A DNA stretch of 64,000 bases from Terriglobia bacterium. GTDB lineage: Bacteria; Acidobacteriota; Terriglobia; JAJPHL01; JAPKYU01. Shown here one piece after another: positions 1-8,379 of the stretch. The stretch lies in contig CBDCVK010000010.1 in the NCBI GenBank assembly GCA_965223005.1, positions 96,001-160,000 of the forward strand, in the 5' to 3' direction. The position numbers and the translations under genes are program-made. Within the stretch, counting starts at the first letter, position 1. Each line of letters begins with the position of its first letter. The notes below the pieces were generated by a model. It was given only the letters and a program-made list of their open reading frames with translations, made no database searches and was not told the origin of the DNA.

Positions 1-1156
1 CTAACTAACCGATCCGTTTCTGGCCACCTTTATCGGCGCATAAGGACTTATACACCATCCACGCCGCCGCCTTTTCGAGCGATACATCTTCTCCCGCCGA
101 AACCATACGCGACGGACTATCCATCAAAATGTCGCGATGGGATTCAAAGGTGATCCGGTGCCGCCACGAATCGGCAGCGGAGCCGCCGTCAGCAGAAATT
201 CCCACCGGTTTCGGGCGGCCGCCGCATCGGCAAGGGCTTCGAGATCCAGATTGTCGAACAAGTGGACTCCCAAGTAGATCAAGGCGAAATCGTGAACAGC
301 TGCCGTGAGAGGCGACGGGGACACATACTGCGGATGGTCGCTCCCCATGACCGAGACGTCGCGCTGTTTCAACCACGGGATCACCGAGGGATCGAGCCCG
401 GCCGAGCGGCCGCCTTCTCTCCTGCCTCGGAGCCACGGCCCTTTGGCCTTCCGGCGGGCCCACACGCCCGTGCGCACGAACAGCACATCCCCGGACGACA
501 CTTTCACCCCTGCCTTCTGTTCCCACGCCTCGAGATCCTCCACGTAAATGGGCGTGCCGGGTTCGAGATACGGCACACCTTTCAGTCGCGGAATGTCGAT
601 CAGGATGCCGCGGGTGAAGATGCCATTCTTTACGTTGTGGATAGAGTTTTTCGAGTGTCCTTCCTTGAGCACCGTTTCCGGATCCGGCGTATAGCCGTTA
701 TAGAAGACTCCGTTCGCATTCATGTGGGCCAGCGAATCGAGGTGCGAATGAGCAATCCCGTGGTAATTGACCGCGATTCGGTCCTTCCCGATCGTCAGCA
801 TGGTGTGCTCATAAGGATGCCAATTGTCAACAGCCTGTACGGTATCAACGTCCCCTGCGAGGGAGACCGAGAAGCCCTCCTTTACGAGAGCCGCCGCCTG
901 CCTTCGCTTGGCCGGCGTAATCAAGTTCAAGGCTCCGATCTGGTCGTCCTGGCCCCATCGTCCCCAGTTCGTAAGCTCCGTCTTCCAGCGTTCGTATTCC
1001 GCCTCTGTGACAGTGCGGCCGGGGGGGGGCGTCGCGCTCTGGGAAGACAGCTTGCCCACTGCCAGCGCTCCAACCAGCAATACAAGCAGAAAAATTCTCA
1101 CCGTTCCCTCCCTCCGGTGAATTCACCGTGCCATTATCGGAAGTGGTTGAAACAAA
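1..1156. mobile_element. Distal unit C of the tRNA-Val tandem island array (continues beyond the window start)
   Basis: Lies downstream of the third tRNA 3'-end copy (1157-1201). Its first 29 bp (1128-1156) match the equivalent end of unit B (11214-11242) at 25/29 positions. An arm-type motif CTAACTAACCGAT is at 1-13. Confidence 0.55.
124..1101 (-). CDS. Secreted cyclase-family (kynurenine formamidase-like) metal-dependent hydrolase
   Basis: Signal peptide; NWGRWG.DD.IG.LN motif; metal motif HGIAHSHLDSLAH; C-terminal GGTGSPLNPIA; GGAGGGAGG RBS before GTG. Confidence 0.9.
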   Translation of the reverse strand: MRIFLLVLLVGALAVGKLSSQSATPPPGRTVTEAEYERWKTELTNWGRWGQDDQIGALNLITPAKRRQAAALVKEGFSVSLAGDVDTVQAVDNWHPYEHTMLTIGKDRIAVNYHGIAHSHLDSLAHMNANGVFYNGYTPDPETVLKEGHSKNSIHNVKNGIFTRGILIDIPRLKGVPYLEPGTPIYVEDLEAWEQKAGVKVSSGDVLFVRTGVWARRKAKGPWLRGRREGGRSAGLDPSVIPWLKQRDVSVMGSDHPQYVSPSPLTAAVHDFALIYLGVHLFDNLDLEALADAAAARNRWEFLLTAAPLPIRGGTGSPLNPIATF

Positions 1157-1201
1157 TGGTAGGCCCGAGCAGGCTCGAACCGCTGACCTCTACCGTGTCA
1201 A
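1157..1201 (-). repeat. att-like copy of the tRNA-Val 3' end (45 bp, 1 mismatch)
   Basis: TGGTAGGCCCGAGCaGGCTCGAACCGCTGACCTCTACCGTGTCAA matches 18838-18882 except at position 1171. Confidence 0.95.
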
Positions 1202-1214
1202 TTCTCTGAACCAT

Positions 1215-1366
1215 GTTACAAGGGATGACAAGGAGTGAGCCTAAGTGATACGGGCAGCAAGGGATCACTCGATTCAACCGTTGTGCAGGGTAACACTGAG
1301 GCACACCGAGTGACAAGGAGTTAGCTGGGCTTGGATGGCAGGGTTACGTCACAAAGCACGTCACAA
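1215..1366. promoter_or_regulatory. Putative integrase arm-type and accessory-factor sites at the left end of unit B
   Basis: 10-bp-period repeats GTTACAAGGG/ATGACAAGGA (1215-1234) and GTAACACTGA/GGCACACCGA/GTGACAAGGA (1290-1319); 12-bp-period ACGTCACAA x2 (1346, 1358). Confidence 0.6.
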
Positions 1367-1431
1367 TCCTACAGCGCGAGCCCAGAAGAACGCTCGCATG
1401 GGTCCATAACGCTGCCTATCGGGGCCTTGAG

Positions 1432-1549
1432 CGCCTGGTCAAGCACGCGCGCCATTACTGGCTGTTGCTTACGGAGGGTCACTTGATGCGGCAGCCTTTC
1501 GGGGCTGCTGCGGCGGACCGAGGCGTTGTCGAAGCCGAGCAGTCTTTGA
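1432..1549 (+). pseudogene. IS1380-family transposase C-terminal remnant
   Basis: Translates RLVKHARHYWLLLTEGHLMRQPFG, then frameshifts to LRRTEALSKPSSL*, resembling the RLVKHARYYWLLLAE.HL.RR.FG tail of IS1380 transposases. Confidence 0.7.
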
Positions 1550-2092
1550 GTTCGCCCCAAAGCTCGCAAGACTCCCAGCAGCAGCCAAACAGTTTTCGCT
1601 CTCATCTTGCTGGCCTCCCTTCCCGAAAAGAGCTTGGGTAAGCGATCTAGCCCTTGCCAGCAATGATAGACCGCTTGGCAAGGCCGGATAGCATCGGTTG
1701 TCTTGGTGGTGATTCCTAGAACCGGCGGGGGCTATGGCATGCTCGGGGACTACGGGCCTGGCCGTCTCCGCCGGCGGCTAGCACCCAAGGCGCGAAGAAC
1801 TCGGCGAGGTGCTGTGCCTTAGCGACCAGGGCGCCCAACAAAAGCGCCTCTGCCCAAAGCCTGTCGTCACACACGTGTCCGCCCCCTGTCCCCGATGTTC
1901 GCCAAGTTTGCCTCCGTTTGAGCTTCGGCTATCCGGCTGGCACCGGTGGCGGTCAAGAACAGGGTGTACCCACTTCCCCGTGCCAGGAAGCTCACGTGGC
2001 TCGCGGTCTCGCCGTGATTTGCTTCAACGACCGTCGCCCAGTGACTTCTGGACCGTCTGGAATGTTAGGCCGGCTCAATCCACTAGAAAGGA

Positions 2093-4915
2093 TTAACTCC
2101 TGGTGATGAATTCATCCAGATTCAGCAGAAGTCGACAAACCCCGAACCAGGCCGCCGCCTCCACAGGCTCGATGCCCTCTATCTCGATTGCGGGGAATAA
2201 GCTGTCTGCCAACTCTGTTTGTTCCTCCAGAAGCCGCTTCTGCTGCTGGTAGTAGCCAGCTAGGCGATCTTTTTCCTGCGGTTGGGGATCTCGACCCAGG
2301 GAAAGCCGGAAGGCGTAATTCAGCCGGTCCTCCCAGCTGCCTCGTTCCTCCCGCAGAATCCTGACGGCCATCACCTGCGCTGCTTCGACAAATACCGGAT
2401 CGTTGAGAAGGTTCAGCGCCTGCAGCGGCGTGGTGGACCGCTCTCGTTGGGTGCAGGACAGCAGAGACTCCGGTGCATCAAAGTTGACCAACTGCGGGTA
2501 CGGTGTGGTGCGCACGAACAGCCGGTCCTCCCAGCTGCCTCGTTCCTCCCGCAGAATCCTGACGGCCATCACCTGCGCTGCTTCGACAAATACCGGATCG
2601 TTGAGAAGGTTCAGCGCCTGCAGCGGCGTGGTGGACCGCTCTCGTTGGGTGCAGGACAGCAGAGACTCCGGTGCATCAAAGTTGACCAACTGCGGGTACG
2701 GTGTGGTGCGCACGAACATCGTGTAAAGACCCCGGCGGTAGCGGTCCGCTCCGGTGCTCTCTTTCCATTTGCCCTTACCCCAAAAGCCCAACTCCATCAC
2801 CCCCGGCGGCAGGGGCGGACGGGCGCTCTTCCCTCCGATTGTTCGATTCAACAGCCCGCTGGCGGCCAGTGCCGCGTCGCGGACCGATTCTGCTGGCAGG
2901 CGGAGATGCGTCTGGCGGGCGAGCAGCTGGTTATGAGCATCGCGCTGCTGCAAATCGTCTCTCACCTTTGCGGATTGGCGGTAGGTGGCCGACTCCACCA
3001 TGAGTTTGTGCATCCCCTTCATGTTCCAGCCATTCCCCATGAATTCGGTCGCCAGCCAATCCAGCAGTTCCGGATGCGTGGGCTGGGTTCCTTGCGTGCC
3101 AAAGTCCCCTGAGGTTTTCACCAGCCCGTGGCCAAACAGCTCCTGCCATGCGCGGTTGACCCAGACGCGCGCCGTTAGGGGGTTGTCCTTCGCAACCAGC
3201 CACCGCGCGAGGGTGAGCCGGGAAGGATTTGAGCCATTGGGAAGGGAGTTCAGAACTGCCGGTACGTCAGGTTGGACTTCAATCCCAGGATTGGTATATT
3301 CGCCTCGGATTAAGATGTGCGTCTTGGGAGGATCAGGATTCTCGACCAGAATTTGAGCTTCACTCAGTCCTGGATACTCTTCCTTCAGCTTCTTCAATTT
3401 GTCCAAGAGTTCCTTAAACTTCAGTTCCTTGTACTTCATTTCGCCAAACGGTGCTCCCGAAAACCGGACGAAATGGTAGGTCAGCTTATCTCTCTGCTTG
3501 GGCGTTCGTAAGGCAGGGTCGAGCTTTACTATCTCCTGCCCGCCGTCGATTTCAATTTTCAAACCGGCCCAGGTGCTGTCATAGGGAGGATCCGCACCCG
3601 GATTCGCCGCGGCTAGCAGCGCTTTCCGTTCCCAGTCGGGCTGGTATTCTGCGACTTTGTATTCCTCCAACAATGCTTTTCTCTTCTCGTCATACTCCGC
3701 TCTGCCTTGCAGATACGCGCCCAATTCCCACGGACGGGGCGCCTCAATATCCTTCTCCATGGCGGTGTTGAAAAACGCAGACAATTGATAAAAGTCCTTC
3801 TGGGTGATTGGATCGTATTTGTGATCGTGACAGACCGCACAACCCATCGTCACGCCAATCCAGACGGTCCCCACCGTTGATGTCCGATCCACCACCTGTT
3901 TCACGCGATCTTCTTCCTTGTTGATCCCCCCTTCCCGGTTGGTCAGGGTGTTACGCAGAAACCCGGTGGCAATCCTCTGTTGCATCGTGGCATCGGGCAG
4001 CAAGTCTCCCGCGATTTGCTCGACCGTGAACTGGTCGAAACGCATGTTGCGGTTCAGCGACTGAATCACCCAATCGCGCCATTGCCAGGCATGCGGCCGA
4101 AGATTGTCCTTTTCATACCCGTCGCTGTCGGCATAGTGCGCTAAGTCGAGCCACTGCCGCGCCCATCTCTCTCCGTAGTGCGGGGAAGCCAACATGCGCT
4201 CCACCAGCCGCTCATATGCTCCCGGGCGCTGGTCAGCCACGAACCGGGCCACTTCCTCCGGGGTGGGAGGTAAACCGGTGAGATCGAAGCTGAGCCGCCG
4301 GATCAAAGCCACCCGGTCTGCTTCCTCTGACGGCTCGATGCCCTCGGTCTCGAGCTTGGCCAGGATAAACGCATCAATTGGATTGCGAACCCAGGCCCGG
4401 TTACGAACATTGTTGCGCACCTTGGGAAGCGAAGGGCGTTGCTGCGGGCGGAACGCCCAATGCGTGCTCTTCGCTTTCGGCAGTTCCTCCGCTGCTGCTC
4501 CTTGTTCCTCGGGCCACTCTGCTCCCCGGTCGATCCACGCGCGCAGCAAACCCACCTGCTCCGCAGTGAGCCGTTGCCCCACCATGGGCATGATCGCATC
4601 CTTTTTCAGCCCCGCGACCAGGTGGATCAGCTTGCTTTCGGCACTGTTGCCAGGCTTGATCACCGGCCCCGAGTAACCTCCGGCCAGCGCGGCCGCCTTG
4701 CTGTCCAGACGAAGCCCGCTCATCTGCTGCTTCGGACCGTGGCAGGTGTAGCATTTCTCTCGAAACAGCGGCTCGACATCCCGCGAGAAATCAGCCTGGC
4801 TCTTTGCCGCAGGAGGCAGCGCCTGGATGTCTACTTCCTCGGCCAACTGGGGGACGTACAGAATTCCCAGAAGGAAAAGGACCGCAACGCTGGATGCAAA
4901 AACGCGTCCGAACAT
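2093..4915 (-). CDS. Planctomycete cytochrome c + DUF1549 (PSCyt2) + DUF1553 (PSD1) protein
   Basis: CYTCHG and CAVCHDHKYDP heme motifs; HWAF, NPIDAFI, YGERWARQWLD, PTHPELLDWLA and TPLQALNLLND motifs; contains an exact 66-aa duplication. Confidence 0.92.
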   Translation of the reverse strand: MFGRVFASSVAVLFLLGILYVPQLAEEVDIQALPPAAKSQADFSRDVEPLFREKCYTCHGPKQQMSGLRLDSKAAALAGGYSGPVIKPGNSAESKLIHLVAGLKKDAIMPMVGQRLTAEQVGLLRAWIDRGAEWPEEQGAAAEELPKAKSTHWAFRPQQRPSLPKVRNNVRNRAWVRNPIDAFILAKLETEGIEPSEEADRVALIRRLSFDLTGLPPTPEEVARFVADQRPGAYERLVERMLASPHYGERWARQWLDLAHYADSDGYEKDNLRPHAWQWRDWVIQSLNRNMRFDQFTVEQIAGDLLPDATMQQRIATGFLRNTLTNREGGINKEEDRVKQVVDRTSTVGTVWIGVTMGCAVCHDHKYDPITQKDFYQLSAFFNTAMEKDIEAPRPWELGAYLQGRAEYDEKRKALLEEYKVAEYQPDWERKALLAAANPGADPPYDSTWAGLKIEIDGGQEIVKLDPALRTPKQRDKLTYHFVRFSGAPFGEMKYKELKFKELLDKLKKLKEEYPGLSEAQILVENPDPPKTHILIRGEYTNPGIEVQPDVPAVLNSLPNGSNPSRLTLARWLVAKDNPLTARVWVNRAWQELFGHGLVKTSGDFGTQGTQPTHPELLDWLATEFMGNGWNMKGMHKLMVESATYRQSAKVRDDLQQRDAHNQLLARQTHLRLPAESVRDAALAASGLLNRTIGGKSARPPLPPGVMELGFWGKGKWKESTGADRYRRGLYTMFVRTTPYPQLVNFDAPESLLSCTQRERSTTPLQALNLLNDPVFVEAAQVMAVRILREERGSWEDRLFVRTTPYPQLVNFDAPESLLSCTQRERSTTPLQALNLLNDPVFVEAAQVMAVRILREERGSWEDRLNYAFRLSLGRDPQPQEKDRLAGYYQQQKRLLEEQTELADSLFPAIEIEGIEPVEAAAWFGVCRLLLNLDEFITRS
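2321..2716. repeat. Perfect 198-bp in-frame tandem duplication
   Basis: 2321-2518 is identical to 2519-2716, with CA microhomology at the junction. Confidence 0.97.
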
Positions 4916-4927
4916 GAGAATGAACTC

Positions 4928-6364
4928 CTATGCCAACAACTTATGCACCACTTCGCCGCCAAGGGTGGTGAGCCGCAAATCATCGAAAACCAATCGCTTG
5001 TGATCGAGACCCAGGCAGTGCAGGATGGTGGCATGCAGGTCGTGGATATGGATCTTGTCCTCGACGATCTGCAGGCCCAGGTCGTCGGTTCGCCCGACGA
5101 TCTGCCCGCTCTTGACGCCCGCTCCGGCCATCCACATGGTGAAAGCAAACGGATGATGGTCGCGCCCCTCACCACCCTCCTCGGGGTTGGTGTCCTGCAC
5201 CAGAGGAGTACGACCGAACTCCCCTCCCCAGATGACCAGTGTGGAGTCCAGCAGACCGCGCTGCTTCAGGTCGGTCAGCAATGCGGCAATCGGCTGGTCA
5301 ATGATTTCGCAGTTCTTCTTGAGACCCTTAAGGAGATTGGCATGGTCGTCCCAACTCCCGTGCATCAACTGCACAAACCGAACCCCGCGCTCGACCAGCC
5401 GCCTGGCCAGCAGGCAGTTGGTGCCAAACTGCTTCGTCGTCTCCTCCTTCACACCGTACATCTCCAGCGTGCTGGGCGACTCTTTGGAGAGGTCCGCCAG
5501 TTCCGGAGCCGCCATCTGCATTCGGAACGCCAGCTCGTAGGAAGCGATGCGAGACGCGATTTCCACATTCCCGGTTTCCAGACGGCGCATCTCGTTAAGA
5601 TCGCGGAGCCCGTCAAGGGCAGATCGCTGCAGCTCCCGAGTAACGCCTTCTGGGTTGGACAGGTAGAGGACCGGGTCACCACTACTGCGGAAGGGAACGC
5701 CTGCGTAGGTGGACGGCAGAAATCCGCTGGACCAATTTCCGCTACCCGCGCCAGGGGAAACCCCTCCCGTCCGCAGCACAACGAAACCCGGCAGGCTGTC
5801 GGACTCGCTCCCCAGTCCGTACAAGGCCCACGCGCCCATCGTGGGGCGCCCCACCAGCGCCGTTCCGCTCTGGAGCATTAACTGGGCCGGGTGGTGGTTG
5901 AACTGCTCGGTGTACATCGAGCGGATCATGCACATGTCGTCGGCATGGTTCGCAAGGTTGGGCAACCAATCCGAAAATTCAATGCCGCTTTGCCCGGAGC
6001 GCTGGAACGTGCGCGGGCTCGCCCAAACTTTGGCCGTCGGCTTGATGAAGGCCAATTTCAAATCCTTGGTCATGGAAGGCGGCAGCGCCTGGCCCTCCCA
6101 TTTCTTCATCTCCGGCTTGGGATCGAACAGATCGATCTGACTGGGCCCGCCGTCCATGTACAGAAGTATGACGTTCTTGGCCTTGGCCGGAAAATGGGGC
6201 GGCTTGACCGCCAGAGGACTGGCGTTTGGCGCCGCTTTCTCAGTGCTTGCTGTCCACCCTTCGCGGGCCATCAAGTGCCACAGAGCGATCGAGCCCAAGC
6301 CACCCGCACAGTCTCGGAAAAAGCTGCGCCGCGTTTGAATTCGCTGGAATTCCTCGAAGTTCAT
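4928..6364 (-). CDS. DUF1501 family protein (Tat-like signal)
   Basis: TRRSFF; GGPSQIDLFDPKP; WDDH; GGEFGRTP; GRDHHP; HIHDLHATIL. Confidence 0.93.
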   Translation of the reverse strand: MNFEEFQRIQTRRSFFRDCAGGLGSIALWHLMAREGWTASTEKAAPNASPLAVKPPHFPAKAKNVILLYMDGGPSQIDLFDPKPEMKKWEGQALPPSMTKDLKLAFIKPTAKVWASPRTFQRSGQSGIEFSDWLPNLANHADDMCMIRSMYTEQFNHHPAQLMLQSGTALVGRPTMGAWALYGLGSESDSLPGFVVLRTGGVSPGAGSGNWSSGFLPSTYAGVPFRSSGDPVLYLSNPEGVTRELQRSALDGLRDLNEMRRLETGNVEIASRIASYELAFRMQMAAPELADLSKESPSTLEMYGVKEETTKQFGTNCLLARRLVERGVRFVQLMHGSWDDHANLLKGLKKNCEIIDQPIAALLTDLKQRGLLDSTLVIWGGEFGRTPLVQDTNPEEGGEGRDHHPFAFTMWMAGAGVKSGQIVGRTDDLGLQIVEDKIHIHDLHATILHCLGLDHKRLVFDDLRLTTLGGEVVHKLLA

Positions 6365-6459
6365 GGCTTCACTCCTTGCATGACCGGAAAACGCTGGGAA
6401 ACAGGCTCGTCACGGTACCGTCGCTTTGAGGCCTCCCAAATTATAGCAGCCCCTATCCA

Positions 6460-6642
6460 TTCAACTGCAAGCTCGGCGAGGGTTACAGAGTGCAGACCGC
6501 CGTGCATGTCCGCAACGTGGTCAACCGCCTGTTCAAGTACACCCGGACAAAAAGTGTTTCCTTCGGCTAGCTCTCCAGCCAAGGCATCGAACTGCCCGAG
6601 GTGCGGCGGGAAGAAGGGCACGCTCTCACCGCTGACGACGCC
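6460..6642 (+). pseudogene. Tyrosine integrase core-binding domain remnant
   Basis: Translates GYRVQTAVHVRNVVNRLFKYTRTK...*...QGIELPEVRREEGHALTADDA, resembling the CB domain and linker of tyrosine integrases. In-frame TAG at 6568; no catalytic domain follows. Confidence 0.65.
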
Positions 6643-6785
6643 ATTCCGTTCCCGAAACTGACAAGCGTGGCGGTTGCAAAGTGGGCAACCATGGTCCTAT
6701 CAGAGACTCGCGACCTATAGCTTTGTTGGGTTATCCGAGGGGGCATAGGGTGTTTAGAGAGACTCGGTGCTGGAGGCACACAGGG

Positions 6786-6809
6786 CCTAACTAACCGCCT
6801 AACTAACCG
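6786..6809. repeat. CCTAACTAACCG x2, putative integrase arm-type sites
   Basis: Exact 12-bp tandem pair; 6799-6811 is identical to window positions 1-13. Confidence 0.7.
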
Positions 6810-7049
6810 ATGGATACTCTCCCTCGAACCCAAGCGTCTCCAGAACCCGATGGGCACCGCCGGAGAGGATCCTCGGGCTGGCGACAGGGATGACTTAACC
6901 TGTAACAACTTTACGGCCCGAATCTATTAAAGGCACACTTCTATGTTCTGAGAGTTTTCGTTTCGATGATCCGGGTTAGCCTGGCCCTGTGGAAGACTTA
7001 GACTCGGCGCGGGAAGTCCCTGTCTCTAACTACCAGCCAAACCCTGGTT

Positions 7050-8360
7050 TCAGACCAGTTCCTTGATCGGTACACCGGTCGCGTCGCCAATGGAGTTGGC
7101 GATTTTGACCGGACGCCCAATGGGCGTCATGTAGGTTTTCTCCCAGTCAATGCCGAAGGCCTTGTAGATCGTTGCGAAAACGTCGCCCATCGTGACCATG
7201 CGGTCGGCTATGTACGCGCCTCGTTCATCGCTGGCTCCAACGACCTGCCCACCCCGAATCCCGCCACCTCCCAGTACCAGAGACCAGCATTCCGGCCAGT
7301 GGTCCCGGCCTCGATTGGGGTTGATGTGGGGCGTGCGCCCAAACTCGCCCATCGCAATGACGATGGTCGATTCCAGCAAGCCGCGCCGCTCGAGGTCTTC
7401 CAGCAGCGTCGAAAGGGCCTGGTCCAAGGAAGGCGTGAGAGTCTCGCGGTGGCCTTTGTCGTTATCGGCGTGGGTGTCCCATTCGATGGGCTTGTACCCA
7501 GCCGCGGTCACGAAGCGGGCGCCGGCCTCCACCAACCGCCGCGCCAACAGCAAGCCCTGTCCGAACGGATGGCGGCCGTAAGCGTCCTTGAGCTTCTCCG
7601 GCTCTTTGGACATGTCGAAGGCGTCTTTCACCTTGGGAGACAGGAGCATTCTCCACGCCGCCTCGGTGAAGCGGTCCATCTTGGCGAACTCCGCTTCCTC
7701 GACCTTCTCGCGATACATCCGGTCCACGAGCTTCAAAGCCGAAAACCGGTCCTCGATCACCTGCTCGGAAACCGACTTGGGCAGGCTCAGATCGGGCACC
7801 GCAAAGTCGGGGCGGCTCGGGTTGGGAACCACCATCGGCTCGTACTTCGGGCCGAGATAGAAGGCATTGAAGAACCGTTCCAGGTCCAGGCGATCGGTCA
7901 CCACGTAGGGAGGGATCTCATTACGCGGGCTCATTTCCCGGGCAATGATCGAGCCCACCGAGGGGAACTGCATGGCCGGGTTGGGTCGGTGCCCGGTGAT
8001 CACATAGTGGGTCGCCTGGGGATGGTTGTTTTCCTCCGTATGCATCGAGCGAATGATCGCCAGCTTGTCCATGTGGCGAGCGACCTTGGGCAACAACTCC
8101 GAAATCTGGATGCCCGGCACATTGGTGGAGATGGGCTTGAAGGAGCTGTTCGGCTTAGGATCCCAGGTGTCGACTTGGCTGGGACCACCCTCCAGCCACA
8201 GCATAATGCAAGCCTGGGCCTTGCCTTTGGGTGCCAAGCCTTCTGCGGCCATCAGGTAGTTGCGCAGACTGATCCCCAGAAAGCTCAGCGCACCGACGCG
8301 CAGGAAATCCCGGCGTCCGACGCCCGGCTCCACACAGTGCATGCAGTCTGTATTGCTCAT
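7050..8360 (-). CDS. DUF1501 family protein (Tat-like signal)
   Basis: GRRDFL; GGPSQVDTWDPKP; WDTH; GEFGRTP; GRDHWP. Start placed at ATG 8360. Confidence 0.92.
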   Translation of the reverse strand: MSNTDCMHCVEPGVGRRDFLRVGALSFLGISLRNYLMAAEGLAPKGKAQACIMLWLEGGPSQVDTWDPKPNSSFKPISTNVPGIQISELLPKVARHMDKLAIIRSMHTEENNHPQATHYVITGHRPNPAMQFPSVGSIIAREMSPRNEIPPYVVTDRLDLERFFNAFYLGPKYEPMVVPNPSRPDFAVPDLSLPKSVSEQVIEDRFSALKLVDRMYREKVEEAEFAKMDRFTEAAWRMLLSPKVKDAFDMSKEPEKLKDAYGRHPFGQGLLLARRLVEAGARFVTAAGYKPIEWDTHADNDKGHRETLTPSLDQALSTLLEDLERRGLLESTIVIAMGEFGRTPHINPNRGRDHWPECWSLVLGGGGIRGGQVVGASDERGAYIADRMVTMGDVFATIYKAFGIDWEKTYMTPIGRPVKIANSIGDATGVPIKELV

Positions 8361-8379
8361 GGCGTTTTCCTGAAACTCC

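Noticed and set aside
29-56. GGCGCATAA-GGAC-TTATAC as a dif site
   Set aside because: The spacer is 4 nt rather than 6 and the XerD arm is poor.
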